Positions 48,388-61,173 of a stretch of DNA of 64,000 nt are shown piece after piece. This DNA comes from Podarcis erhardii (lineage: Eukaryota): assembly GCA_964252035.1 (NCBI GenBank), contig OZ176200.1. The stretch is one strand, 5' to 3'. The notes below the pieces were generated by a model. That model was not told where the DNA came from and ran no database searches. It was given only the letters and a program-made list of their open reading frames with translations. Position 1 is the first letter of the stretch. Each line of letters starts with the position of its first letter. A program made the translations under genes and the position numbers.

Positions 48388-51300
48388 ATAAAAAAAAAAA
48401 ATGCAGGGTGCAGTAGACTGCCTCCCTCACAATCAAAGTTATTTCTAACAATTGCAGTAGATGGGCTTTTATATGTGTGTTCAAGCAATGTGTGCTTACT
48501 ATGCAAATTCTGAACTAACAAGACTCTTGGAACAAGCTGCTCCTCCAGTTACATTCGGAGGTACATAGTTGAAACCAGACATCCTCAGCATGTGCCCTTC
48601 TCAAATACCATATATTTAAATTAAAAGTATTTAATGTGTGTGTGGATAGAGCTTTGAGGGCATTAGAATTAGGTAAGATTCGTAAAATCTTGTCAGCCTT
48701 TAGGAGTCAAGAAATATTTCCACATTTTCCCATTATGAGGCAAGCAAACAGTTTCTCCAGATTTCGCTTGGATCGTATACATTTGATTATGATTTTTTAA
48801 AAAAGCAGAAATGTATATTAAACCCCAGTCATAGAATTATTAGCCATGACTGCATGGAAAGCATCACATTTGAAAGCATGTTTCACAGAGCATTGGGCCA
48901 GGGGGGCTATTGCCCTGGATGCACATTTTTGAGGGGGCGCAATCAGGTGCCCCCATGACAGGCACAGAGCCCTAGCAGCTGAGGCGTGTCTAGTGAGCAG
49001 GTGGATGGAGGCAGCAGTCGAGGAGCCTGTTGGAGGCAGACTCCATCCAAGCTCTGCATGGGCTCTGCATGCGCCCCCCTGGTGCACCCCCCAAAAACTG
49101 CCCATTCCATCAGAGGGGTGCAACATTTTCCCCGCCCCAGGTGTCAGCAAGCAGTGCTATGCCACTGCATTGGGCTGAATACAGTGCTCAGAAATCTCAT
49201 TGGGGATGCTCCTGTAGGGGGCATGCACAGGAGCGTAAGTCAGGTGGCCTGACCCTTTTCACTGTAACACCTGTAGCTGCTTATTCCTCAGTGTGTTGTG
49301 TTAAACCAGTGCTTAGGCCAGAAATAGCGCTAGAGTGTCCTAAAGAGTACAGTTTCCCAGATACTGGTGATTTGGGATGCCTCAAAGCTTATGATGAGGT
49401 GCGGAGGTTTATAAGCCTTAAATACCTATAGCTGAACAATTCTAACCTTGGCTGGAGTCAATGAAGCAGTGGATCCTTCATCACATTTGAAATATTAGCA
49501 GCTTGAGTGGGGATGAGGTTTATTTTGTCTTTTTTAGTATACCAGGTCTAGGCTGGTCTAGCTGCTGTAGCAGAATCCCCACAAAACCAGTAGTGCTTTA
49601 CACTGGTGGAAAAGCAGCACCATTCTAGCCACCTGCCATCAACTGTACCCGGTGCTCAAAAGAATTAGGAAGTAAAGCTTGAAGAAGCTTATAGTTGGCC
49701 CTTTTAGGCAGAATAGCTATGTTAAAAAGGTAAACCTTCCACAAAGTGTTATGTGTGGTAGCTATATCACCGTCAATATCTGTCCACTTATGGAAGAACA
49801 GTTCAGAGATAAATTGGCCAATGTCCAAGTCAACTGCCTTACTGTTCATCAAATCAGTTATTTTCTTTCCGATGGGGTTTTAAGGAGTAATCTTTGAGGC
49901 CTTGATTTGGGGTGTGGCAGATGAGTTTGGTTTAAACAGACAATACAACTGGAGAAATGGCTAGTTTTGGGGCACTTTGGGGGAGGAGATTGTACCAAGT
50001 TAATGGAATAGCATCTGGAAGGTGAAGCTGCTTATATCTGTTTCTGCATACACGAGACAAGATAAATTAAAAACATACACCAGTGAGGTTGTACCCGGCA
50101 TGCCTGTCAATGTCTCCTGGCTGTTGGAAGACTTGTGGTCAATGGGGAGTGCCACAAACAGTAAGATTTTGGATGAGGTACTCAAGGAAATACGGTAAAT
50201 GTAACTTGGGAAACAGTTCTTAAAACACCAAAATTAATGCTGCTTCAACTGTCTGAGTTGCATGGGGAAACAGTACTGTATTTTAGGACTTAAGTAAATA
50301 TGTTAGCTGCTGCCAGGGTTGTGATAACATGGTTGTGGAAGAGCAATAGGATTCTATAGATCTCTGGTACAATAAACTTTGCAAAATGCCATTGCAGAGG
50401 AATTTAGGGATCAAATCTGCATCATCAACAAACAATCAAAACAGGCCCTTTTTTGGGGTGGGGGCAGAATGGAGTAGTTTTGTTTTTCATAAAGACTTGA
50501 CAGTACAAGGACACCACCAGCCCAGTTTGCAACAATTTAGAAAGACTATTAATTATACAAGTGTCTTTGAAATTATAATTAGTTAATGTTGTTCATGATG
50601 CTTTACGTCCCTCAGTTTGATGAATGTGGTTACAGTGATTGTCTTCTATTTTACAGCCATAGTGACAGAGAATAATATGTTAGTTCATGCCATTGTAGCA
50701 TTGGGCCTTTTCTCTGATCCAGAGTTTTATTTGTTTATTGTTGTTTCTGCTTCATACATGCAAATAACTGTAGCTCTCAAAAAATACATTAAATAAATGA
50801 AACATGACTTGGGACTGCATTCTTACTCAAGCTGTTCATGTAGCTGTTCAAGATCTGGCCACTTCAAAAAAATGAAATGAAAACTAGGAACCAACTTCAT
50901 CCTTATATAGTATCCGACCGTGAGATTAAGCTTCCTAGTTCCTTGATTACTGTGCCACGTGTGCCTCTTATATCTTTCTCAATGGATTGCCTTTGAATAT
51001 TTTATTGCTCTTGCTTGCTGGTGCATTAATGTTTTAACATACAAGACCTAATTATAATTCTTGTTTATTTACAAAACTGTCAAGCTTTTAATCCTCAGAG
51101 GATGAAACTTGAATGTAATTTTATTATGAAAACTTAGTTAAGGTGGTATTTTGGACACTAAGAATTTGCTGTTGTTCTCAGGAACACACCTTTCTAGACC
51201 ATTCTATTATTGTTGTTTTATTCCAGCAGAAATTGCACTTTTAATTATTCCAAACAATTTTTTTTATTCCAACCATTTAATTATTTACATTCCGGATGGC

Positions 51301-53799
51301 CAAACATTACAAATTATCTTAACAAGGAAGGGGATTTTTTTTAGTTTTAAAATGCTTTATTTAAAAGTTTTGTTGCCACATTTCTTGAAAGAAAAGGCAA
51401 ACTACTTACTGCAAAAACTTAATATTACAAGGGTTTGCCCTGGATGCCAGTTCTTGGGTCCATTTTTACACATGTAATCTACACCGAAGTGTTGTGGTAA
51501 TGGTGTATTTGAGGTGCAAGCAATTCATACCTTTGACAGTGATTGCGTCAAGTGGGAAAGAAACCTGTGATGAATGAAAGACATGTAGTTGGCACACTTG
51601 CCAGCACCTTCCTTGCAGTATCAGCTTAAAATGCCCCCAACTTTCCCATTGTAACAAAATAATTAATGTTGACATGTGTAAATCCTTGTGCACTCAGATG
51701 AGAACATAACAGATTGAAGTCTAGGTCTTGTGCCTTTGTTTATACTGACCTGCTTATCTTAGACCCGCTTACGCATTTACAATTGTCAACCTCACATAGC
51801 CTCTTCCACGTGACAAAGTTTCATCAGAAACAGAAAAATTAACCACTTCCATGAAATTAGCTGTAACAATATAGTAAAGTTGAAACAGGTACATCAGATA
51901 AAATGGCCCAGTTAAAATGCGATAATCTTGAGCGCACACATTTTCACAGAAATAAAGGAATATTACATCTTTGTGAATACTTTTCTGAACGACAGCATGA
52001 TGATGTCCAGTGTAACCCAGCATAGCACAAAATCATGGCAAGTGGAACCTCAGTGTTCCTTCTGGTGTTGCATAATGTGGTTAGAGGAGAGGCCTTACCC
52101 TTGGCTTATCACTGGCTCCTAGCTTAATCCACTTTACAGGGTTGTTGTGAAGATAAATATAAAGGAAAGGGGAGAGAATCATGTATGCCACTTTGAGCTT
52201 GCTGGGCAAAAGGTGAGATAGAAATGTAAAAAATTAGAAATATATTCCCCTGGAGCTGTTAAAGGTCCCTTTTTACATGAAATTGTAGCCCAGACTTGAC
52301 TCAATAAGGGAGTAAATTTTATGCCATGTACTCAATAAATGTACAGCAACGTGGAGGTTGAGTGCTGGTTTTGTTACTAAGTTTTTTATTTGAATATTTG
52401 TGTGACAAGGCACCAACTTGGCAACTGTTTACAAAATTCTACTGTACCAAATACCGTAGGTTTCTCATTCCATCTTTTGGACTACCTTGGGACTGATGTA
52501 TGTGAATTAAAAAGCCTTCCTACCGCCAATAGCTCTAGAAAGATTTCCATTCTTTTCTATTTCTAAAGGCAGGCCAGCTGTGTGGGAGAGAATTTTAGAA
52601 GTCAGCCACTGAAGCACATGAATAAATTTAATAATTTAGCTCATTGCTATGAAATGGCAGCTAGGAATGTCCTAACGTTCACACATGCACAGTGATGATA
52701 GGAAGGAAAAAGACTATAATCCACCAGACTCAGTAGCTAGTCAGTTAATTCATACTTTTTCCATGCACACCAACTAGCTTTTGCTGCAAAGTATCAAAAT
52801 ACGAACATGATGCTTTATGTCTTTTGTAAGTCTATATTGTGCCATGAAAACAACTTTGAATTTCTCTTCCCAGAGTATGAATAAGTGTAACCACAGTATA
52901 AAGCTCTGGTTCCCATTGAAGCCAGGGATTCTTAGCATATATAATTTGTTCTATGGCTGCATTAACCACATGCCGGGCCGAGTCTAAACACAGAAGAAGT
53001 CTAGTCTTTGCAAAAGTGGAGGCAATTCACAAAGACTTCAGAGAGCAATAAAACAACACAAGAGTTTGTAGCTTTTAAACTGTTAATTGTTTTATTTAAT
53101 GGTTTAAAAAGATTTGTAGAATGAAGAAATGCTCTCACAGTCAAACTCAAGAGATGTGCCAGCTATTAATCATCCCTAAAACAATAAGGGCATTTGTTAT
53201 TACTGTCTACTGCCTGTTCTCAGCTTTAATCTGTCTTTTGAGTTTGACGCTGCCAGATTTTCAGAAGTGGGTCACCCAGTTCTCTCTGGACCCTGTTTTT
53301 CTGCTGAGCAGTTAAAATTAGCATTTTCTATTATGCTGCTGGAGATTTTGGAAAGATATTGAGAGTGAACTTAGTCACATTTTCCTGAACTCCCCCCACC
53401 CCACCCCAATTTCTGGTAATGAAAAAAACCCCAGTTCATAGATAGGGATAAGAAAAACCTCGTGTACTCAAAGAAATGCCTTGTATGACCAGTAGGGATA
53501 GAGGAGAAATCCAGTTCAATTTGCATTTAAAGGTGAACCTACTTAATTTGCCATTTCCAAACAATACAAGTAATGAAACACAGCGTAGCCCATAAACCAG
53601 ATGGATGTATAGTTTGATCACTCAGCAGCTCACCCCATCTCATTCTTGATATAGTTCAGTGCTCAGCTGACATTCACAGCTTTTGTAAGTAGCACTAGTT
53701 TTGGGGGATGCACATGACATCACATTTGGCCAAAGAGTGAAACTCTGAAGTCTGTCTTAGCAGCACCAAAATCTGACAGTTCTGCAGCAAGTGAAATTG

Positions 53800-55100
53800 A
53801 CAAGCACAACATGGTGGAAACCAAAGGCAGGAAAACCATCAGAAACTCCTCCAGAACTATGTTGCTGACCTGGCAGCAGATATCAACCAATTGTATCTAG
53901 ATCTTACAAAGGATTGTCAGAATGCCCTTAAACCTCTTGAATTTTCCTTTAATGATCTTCCAGCAAAAGTAGCTGACATTTCCAAAATGGCGGATGAAGC
54001 CTTGAAATTTGACTTCCATCCCCAAAACCCACATGCAGACAGGTTAGCTGAACAAATCAGCAGGTTTGGCTGGAAGATTAACTGGATCGCAGTCACAGAC
54101 AGGATCACAGTCTTAAGAGGGGTCCTGCGCAACATTGCAACCCCTCCCTTCACTTCCTATCTCTTCCTGCACTTTTAAATGTGTGGCACATCCTTTGTGG
54201 AGCCCGTGCTGTTGGTCTGGAATAAGATGGACTCATAAGCTAGCTCCTCAGTGACTATCTTAACTTTAAGTAGCACCTTAAAGACCAACTGAGTTAGTTC
54301 TAGGTATGAGCTTTCGTGTGCATGCACACTTCTTCAGAAGTGTGCATGCACACGAAAGCTCATACCTAGAACTAACTCAGTTGGTCTTTAAGGTGCTACT
54401 GGAAGGAATTTTTTTATTTTGTTTTGACCATGGCAGACCAACACGGCTACCTATCTGTATCTTAACTTTAAGCATCCTGACAAGTATAAGCAATTAGTGG
54501 ATCGTGGACAAAAGGGACAACTTATGATGGAGGATTTCTGTGATTAGGAGCAAGCCCATTTCCCCTTTAAAACTGTGGCAGCTCCTTTATGGGACAAGAG
54601 TTAATTGGGTTCCAATATTTCAAATAACTTTTTGTGCACAGTCAGTTTATAGATCTGAGCAGCTGCCACACCCATTAACTATTTACAAAAACCCCCAAAA
54701 CTCTGCAAACTGGGCTCTAAGGGGCAGAAGGGTTTTATCTATCTTTTACAAACTCTTACTAGATCTTAAATGTGGAGCAGGGTTCTCCACACGCAAATCT
54801 TGGGGAAAAGACCTCAGCACTTTATTCAGTGATGCTGATTGGGATCATCCATGGGGCAGCTCTCGCCTTAAAGCAACTTCAGCTCTTACATGGGAGGGTG
54901 TGTCGAAACTGATTTATTGTTGGCACTTAACCGCAGTCAGGCTCAGCTATTTCCCTCATTCACTTTCACCAAAATGCTGGTGAGTTGTGAAACTCATGGG
55001 TCATATTTGCACCTGCAGTGAGAGTGTGAAAAGGTGAGGGGCTTCTGGCTTAACCTGCCCAGTCACATAAAAAAAGTTTATCAACCAAACAAATGTCCCC
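53800..55100 (+). mobile_element. Internally deleted L1/Tx1-type LINE relic interrupted by hammerhead element B
   Basis: 54540-55060 encodes LSIFYKLLL...KSWGKDL...DWDHPW...KLIYCWHLTAVRLSYFPHSLSPKCW, then (frameshifted) SCETHGSYLHL.ECEKVRGFW, typical of the non-mammalian L1 ORF2 C-terminus and its Cys/His motif. 53800-54178 is a coiled-coil-like open frame, possibly ORF1 (weaker evidence). Confidence 0.7.
54271..54457. mobile_element. Fold-back Penelope-type hammerhead element, copy B
   Basis: Perfect 65-bp inverted repeat at 54269-54333 and 54336-54400 with a 2-nt spacer. Direct repeat TATCTTAACTTTAAG at 54256-54270 and 54458-54472 (TSD up to 15 bp). The right arm continues with the same terminus as copy A (GGCAGACCAACACGGCTACCTATCTG). 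Confidence 0.88.
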
Positions 55101-56086
55101 AAATAGACTTTAGCTTTCCTTTCCATCTTCCTTAAAAAGTGGTACAACAGACTTGGCAACTAACAGGAACAGAGAAAGGCATGGGGTTAAGGAATCAAAA
55201 CTGATAAATCTATAACAGTCTGATATCATTTTTTGTTAATAACGATAAACCAACTGAAAGGGTACAGCACCAAGCCTTTCTCTTGTTTTGATCTGACATC
55301 TGGCCTACATCTCATTTCTCTAGTAACCCAACTGTAATAGGAGTGGCATAAAACCTTGCCTCCACCCCCCACCCTTATTGTAAAGGATGACACCATTGTT
55401 ATACGCTGATTGCTCCATTTATTGATAATGATATTTTTTAAAAATAAAAATGCTAGAACACAGCTGTACTTCAAAATTGACACCTCTCTAAACTTCACAA
55501 CCCAATTCTGTGACCAAACATTTACAAAGATGTATATATTAGAGGGAAATGTGCCTAATAATATTGGTGAAAATAACATACCAAAATGCGTTATATTAGG
55601 GGAAATTGCTTGCAAAAATGTGTACATTAGTCAAAGTTGCATAGTGAAATGTGTTTATTAGAATTTCACACTAAAATGCAAATCACATTTTAGGAGTATT
55701 TTTTTAAAAAAGCACGAATTGATGCAGAATGTGGAGAACTAAATTTACGATTGGAAAAATGAGAATCTGACCGAACAAGAATTGATAGATCTGTCCATCT
55801 CTAATGGCCAGTGACGGGAACAAGTATAATTCTAAACCTTGACATCATTAGTTGGCATAAGTAAACGGTTCTTACATTGCACTATATGTTACTGCTTTTG
55901 TTCTTAAACCATGCACATTCACACACAGCCTGTACTTCCTACGGTAACTAAGCTCTGTTTAGCTGCCCTTGTAGTAAATAAATTGAAGGAATTAAAAAGT
56001 AATTTCACCCCAAAGCAATCAACTCAATTGCTTGTATCCGGTTTAATTTAAATAGGAAGAAACAGACAATATATTCTGCCTATCTG

Positions 56087-56099
56087 CCACTAGAGGGTG
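56087..56099 (+). promoter_or_regulatory. Candidate CTCF site
   Basis: (TG)CCACTAGAGGGTG, one mismatch to the core consensus. Confidence 0.4.
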
Positions 56100-56356
56100 A
56101 GAGCTCTGTGAGGAAAATAATTGAACATTATAACTAACCTATTCAAAGGCTAATGAATTTTCATTTCAGGAGAAATATTGGCCCATGACCTTGAGAACTG
56201 TTAAAGACAGTTGCTGGCAGCTAAGCTTCAGAATATTCAGCAGCAATATAGTGTACTTTTCATCGGTTTGCAAGCTGACTTTTAGTTTTCGTTATTTTAG
56301 TATGAATGATAGGTAGAGCCAGACAAATTTTCCTCTTCCTAGCTACATACAAGATG

Positions 56357-56609
56357 CAGTGGTGCCTCGCAAGATGAAAATAATTTGTTCCACGAGTCGC
56401 TTCGTCTTGCGATTTTTTCGTCTTGCGGAGCGCGGATTCCCCGGGTATTAACGGTTTTACGAAAAAGGAAGCAAACTCGCCAGATGTTTTCATCTTGCGA
56501 AGCAAGCCCATAGGGAAATTCGTCTTACGAAGCACCTCGAAAAACCGAAAAACCTTTCGTCTAGCGAGTTTTTCGTCTTGCGAGGCATTCGTCTTGCGGG
56601 GCACCACTG
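56357..56609. mobile_element. Tc1/mariner-type MITE
   Basis: TIRs CAGTGGTGCCTCGCAAGA / TCTTGCGGGGCACCACTG with repeated TCGTCTTGCG subunits. Flanked by TG on both sides. Confidence 0.8.
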
Positions 56610-57149
56610 TGTCTTGAAAGCCTTTTGCTCTCAAGTGTTTGCTTGACATTCATAATGTTTGCTTGGAATCAATAATTTCATTATCTTGTGTCTAGTTCCA
56701 AAGTACAGTAAAGAATATTTGGAAGTCATTGGCATAATTTTATACTAAGTTTCCGGTTCTTGTATCCTGGACAATTTGACTTCAGTTATATTCGGAGATT
56801 GAAAATATGCTGCATATGTAACATGTGGCTTTTCTTTAATCTCTTAGAAACATTGAAACGGGAACTCCAGCTAATGAATGGTTCGTGGGACTCCTTAGGG
56901 ACTCTTCTATCTTGTGTAAAATTCCACAAGTGTTTAGGCTACTGTGTGGAAGTGATCAATGAGCATTTAAAGCCAAGATGAGGGGACTTCAGTCTTACAT
57001 GATCTGCTTTGAAAGCACTCCAGCCATGATCCTCTGATGCATTTTAAAATTCTCAGCCTACTCAGGTTTTCCTGAGCCAGTTAAGGAATAACCACTGTGT
57101 GCTAAGACATCCTGATTAAGCACTCTTTGCTTAACAATGAAATAGCTTG

Positions 57150-57340
57150 CTAGATCTGATCAAGATCCATCTCATCCAGCATAGGAAGCTGCCTTATACT
57201 GAGACTTCAATGTCAGTATTGTCCACTCTGGCTGGTAGCAGTGCTGCAGGTGTTCAGACAGAGCCTACCTGGGGATGACAATGAGAGTATCTAGAACCGC
57301 TCACTTGCCACTCATCTGTCCTACCAATGAGCTACCGTTC
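57150..57340 (-). mobile_element. tRNA-derived SINE, decayed
   Basis: The reverse complement contains GGTAGCTCATTGG at the head and CAATACTGA...AGTATAAGGCAGCTTCCTATG at the tail, like 5335-5515. Confidence 0.55.
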
Positions 57341-57707
57341 TTCCCCAAGGCATACTTTGCAGGAATCCTAGCAACGAGCAGGTGCTAAATGGTCCATGGC
57401 TGCTGGGTTTAAAGTGTCATATCCTTATGTCCTAACTGCACTTGGCACAGTGTATTTGCCGTTTAATTCAATAATTTTCAATGACAGTCTTGTTGAAAAT
57501 GGCCCTTGATTGCAGATAGGCCTTGAGTTAAATAATGAGGGACACTAAGTAAATGTAAACAACTTGTTTTGTGCCACCATGTTGTCTTTCCTCTTTGAAA
57601 TGCTATAATCAGCTTAGTGAAAGCAGCTGGTAGTACTGTGCCTCATTAATGAAATGAGCAGGGAGCTCATTTATTCTCCAGCTAAATCCAATGTTTTTTT
57701 CTAGTGG

Positions 57708-57720
57708 CCTCCAGGTGGCA
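57708..57720 (+). promoter_or_regulatory. Candidate CTCF site
   Basis: (TGG)CCTCCAGGTGGCA(C), one common variant position. Confidence 0.5.
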
Positions 57721-58756
57721 CCAGTGCTTAAATGATAAAATCAGGCGTTGACCTTCAGAAAACATGGCATCTTTGTTTTGAGGTTCTCTGTGTCGCAATT
57801 GGATGTGGCTTGCGACCAAGCGACAACTTTCACACAAATGAAACTTTGTCCAGATCACGGGAGGCGGCTCCTCCTCACATCTGGCTCATAGATCAGCTTG
57901 TTTCTAAAAATACATTGTGCGCTCAGTTTGATGTCCTGGGAGTGCGGTAACTCTGCAGCATGCGGCTTTGAACATTTGCCTTATTAAGTGTTGCATCCAA
58001 TTGGTGTCCCGCTGCTCTTTGATACATCTAAACCTTCCGATGTGTTAATACTAAGGCCATTCCCTCTACACATCCCCCTCCCCCAATTAGATTTGCAGAG
58101 AGCTATTTCAGTCAGTTTGAACTTCCGGAGTACAGTGTACAAGGCTAAATTCAAGGTTCTAAAATGCACAAAGAAGTCACCTTGAGTCCCCTTTTCAAAA
58201 GGTCATGTAAATTAGTCTCTGTTTTTGATTCTGTCCCTCTGCAGATGGTTCAAATCTGCAGATAGTCAAGTGCTTTGTATCCAAGTCATTTGAAATCACA
58301 ATGCAGTGTGCTTGGACCATCTTAAGGCCTTGATTTTGTTGCATGTGGCAGCTTTTCTGGAAAAATAATTGTTTTCGTGTTGACCCTTGGAAACCAGTGT
58401 GGGCCTAAATGGGTAGAACCCTCTTCTGGAGAACCTTTAGAACTGAACAATGCTCCTGCAGAACCACCTTCCAGAGCCATCCATCTAAATATGAGTGGAA
58501 CTGCCGCAAAGTTGTGCCTCCAATACCCAACTCAGAGTTACCCTACAAGGATACCCTGGTCAAAGGTATCAAAAGTTGCTGAGATTAAGGCCTGAATGCT
58601 GATAGAAATGGTTTTTAAAAATGGATAACTGCCAAGCCACATACATTTTCCCCATATCATAGTACAGTCTGCGTATGCCTGTTTTGCTGAAACACATTCT
58701 TACATCTCACCACACAAGTAGAGGTTAGGGTAGTAGAGCTCAACATCAAATGTGTC

Positions 58757-58905
58757 CAGTGCTTTTTTTATATAAGAAAAAGTGTTTAGGGGTTCTCTCA
58801 TTTTCCTACTCATGTTGAAATACTGCCCCTCAATGAGGCCAAACTTAGATTCACAAAATGTTTAGGGGTAGGCATACCCCTGCGTCCCCCCAGAAAAAAG
58901 CACTG
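58757..58905. mobile_element. hAT MITE
   Basis: TIR CAGTGCTTTTTT / AAAAAAGCACTG with an 8-bp TSD AATGTGTC (58749-58756 and 58906-58913). Confidence 0.85.
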
Positions 58906-59072
58906 AATGTGTCTATAGAATTAGGTCCCGTCTACACGATACATTTAAAACAGTATCACACCACTTTAAATGATAATGGCTACACTTCTCCAAGTGGTTA
59001 AACAATCAGTCCCTCTCCCCTGGGAACTCTGGGAACTGTATGCTTGTGGGAGAAGTAGGGATCTCCTAACAG

Positions 59073-59207
59073 CAGGCATAGGCAAACTTGGCCCTCCAGA
59101 TGTTTGGGGACTACAACTCCCATCATCCCTAGCTAACAGACCAGTGGTCAGGGATGATGGGAGTTGTAGTCCCAAAACATCTGGAGGGCCGAGTTTGCCT
59201 ATGCCTG
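59073..59207. mobile_element. Palindromic hAT MITE nested in an older MITE (about 58925-59314)
   Basis: Near-perfect fold-back CAGGCATAGGCAAAC...GTTTGCCTATGCCTG with an 8-bp TSD CCTAACAG (59065-59072 and 59208-59215). Confidence 0.88.
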
Positions 59208-59968
59208 CCTAACAGCTCTCAGCAGCCTTAACTAACTACAATCCCCATACTTCTTTGAGGGAAGTCATGAGTGAAGTGGTATAATACCACTTTAAATGTA
59301 GAGTACAGGTGGGGTTTTAGTTTGTCCAGCTTCTGTTTTGTCGCTGCAAGGGGAGAAAGTGTCCTCTTCTTTGTTCAGAACAACAACATGATAACTGCTT
59401 TTTTGGATCCCACTTCAGTTGGTATTGTTTTAGAAACTCCTCTTTTCATGGTAAGTGTTTGTGTGTTGAGAGTGATAATGACAGGAGGGTTGGGAGAAAT
59501 GCCACTCCCAGTCTGACCACAAAGTCTTTTCCTTTCCTTCGCTGTTTTCTTATCCTCACTGCTGGGGTGGCAGGATGTATGGGAGGAGGGATAGCTGTTG
59601 TCTCATTATCATGGTGCTGCAGATAATAAACATGCTGACACCATGTGGATGCCTTTCACAAAAGCTGTCCTTCAGTCAGTTAGCAATTTCTGTGCCATGT
59701 GCATGACTGTAAGCAGGATTGTGCTTGTCTTCTTTCTACACATGTGGGACTGAATGTGAGACGGCACAGAAACTAGTATGGAATTCGTAGAATCTCATCT
59801 GTTTTATTTAATCAATTTGTTTAATCAACACAGATGAGGGAGATCGTTTTGAAATTGTGCATTTGGTGTTTGCAAATACTGTACTGCTAAAGTATTTGGA
59901 GGTGTCTCCTTGTGTGTCCTACATGGCCATCTCTTCCCATGCCAAACCACCTGAAAAGTTCATGCTTT

Positions 59969-60126
59969 CATAGAATTATAGAATTGTAGAGTTGGAAGGG
60001 ACCCTGAGGGTCATCTAGTCCAACCCCCTGCAATGCAGGAATCTTGCCCACAGCCATCTCTGAGTGGGCTTGAACCACTGACCTTCTGGTTAAGAGCCAA
60101 ACACACTGACCCACTGTGCCACCTGA
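59969..60126 (-). mobile_element. tRNA-headed SINE with a CR1-type 3' tail
   Basis: Minus strand: A box TGGCACAGTGG and B box GGTTCAAGCCC, then GGGTTGGACTAGATGACC...CCCTTCCAACTCTAC and an (ATTCTATR)n tail typical of CR1 3' ends. Confidence 0.75.
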
Positions 60127-60140
60127 GAGTTTTTCCAGAG

Positions 60141-60462
60141 CAGGGGTAGGCAACCAAAGCCCGTGGGCTGGATGCAGCCCAATCGCCTTCTCAGTCTGGC
60201 CCGTGGACAGTCCAGGAATCAGCGTGTTTTTACATGAGTAGAATGTGTCCTTTTATTTAAAACGCATCTCTGGATTATTTGTGGGGCCTGCCTGGTGTTT
60301 TTACATGAGTAGTATGTGTGCCTTTATTTAAAATGCATCTCTGGGTTATTTCTGGGGCATAGGGATTCGTTCATTTCCCCCTCCCCCAAATATAGTTTGG
60401 CCCACCACATGGTCTGAGGGATGGTGGACCGGTCCACGGCTGAAAAAGGTTGCTAACCCCTG
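60141..60462. mobile_element. hAT (Charlie-like) MITE
   Basis: CAGGGGTAGGCAACC...GGTTGCTAACCCCTG with an 8-bp TSD TTCCAGAG (60133-60140 and 60463-60470). Confidence 0.88.
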
Positions 60463-60780
60463 TTCCAGAGGATGTGGGATTTAAGACATGCAAAAAAGCT
60501 GGAACCCAGCTGTTTTCATTTCAAAGACATGAAGATAAAGGAGCAACACAGATCAAAAGGAAAAAAATATTATGTATGGCGAGATCAACCTCTTCATCCA
60601 TCACTGATCTTTAGTGTCATCCATTGCATTTATTTATTGCAGGGGAAATCAACCTGGTACCCTTCTGATCTTGAAGTCCAATCCCCATCAAGTCCAGCAA
60701 CATCTATAGGTCACCCAGTTGTTCATTCCTGGTTTATTGTATTTATATTTCAGCTTTCTCTCACTGAGTCCAAGGCAGTA

Positions 60781-61022
60781 CAGTGGCACCTCGGATTAAG
60801 AACTTAATTCGTTCCAGAGGTCCATTCTTTACCTGAAACTGTTCTTAAACTGAGGTACCACTTTAGCAAATGGGGCCTCCTGCTGCTGCCAAGCCGCTGC
60901 CGCATGATTTCTGTTCTCATCCTGAAGCAAAGTTCTTAACCTGAGGTACTATTTCTGGGTTAGCGGAGTCTGTAACCTGAAGCATCTGTAACCTGAAGTG
61001 TCTGTAACCCGAGGTACCACAG
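60781..61022. mobile_element. Tc1/mariner MITE, inverted copy of the 36292-36522 family
   Basis: TA-CAGTGGCACCTCGG...CCGAGGTACCACAG-TA. The interior is the reverse complement of 36292-36522. Confidence 0.85.
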
Positions 61023-61173
61023 TATGTCCTGGGTTCCCATGAAGTTTTCCACCCAGGCACACTAAGCAGGCTTGAACTGCCTTAGAGAGAGATTTTCAGT
61101 GTTAAGCCAACAATAGACTTCTAATGGCTAATTTTGAAGGCCATATAACGTGCACCTATTTCCCTTTGAAATA

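Noticed and set aside
49071-49085. Reverse CTCF-like motif GCACCAGGGGGGCGC
   Set aside because: It has one G too many for the core spacing and lies in a GC-rich MITE-like repeat (about 48900-49170).
59969-60126. tRNA genes at SINE heads (also about 4940-5020 and 5440-5515)
   Set aside because: A and B boxes are present but no full cloverleaf, and each runs into a LINE-derived tail, so these are SINEs.
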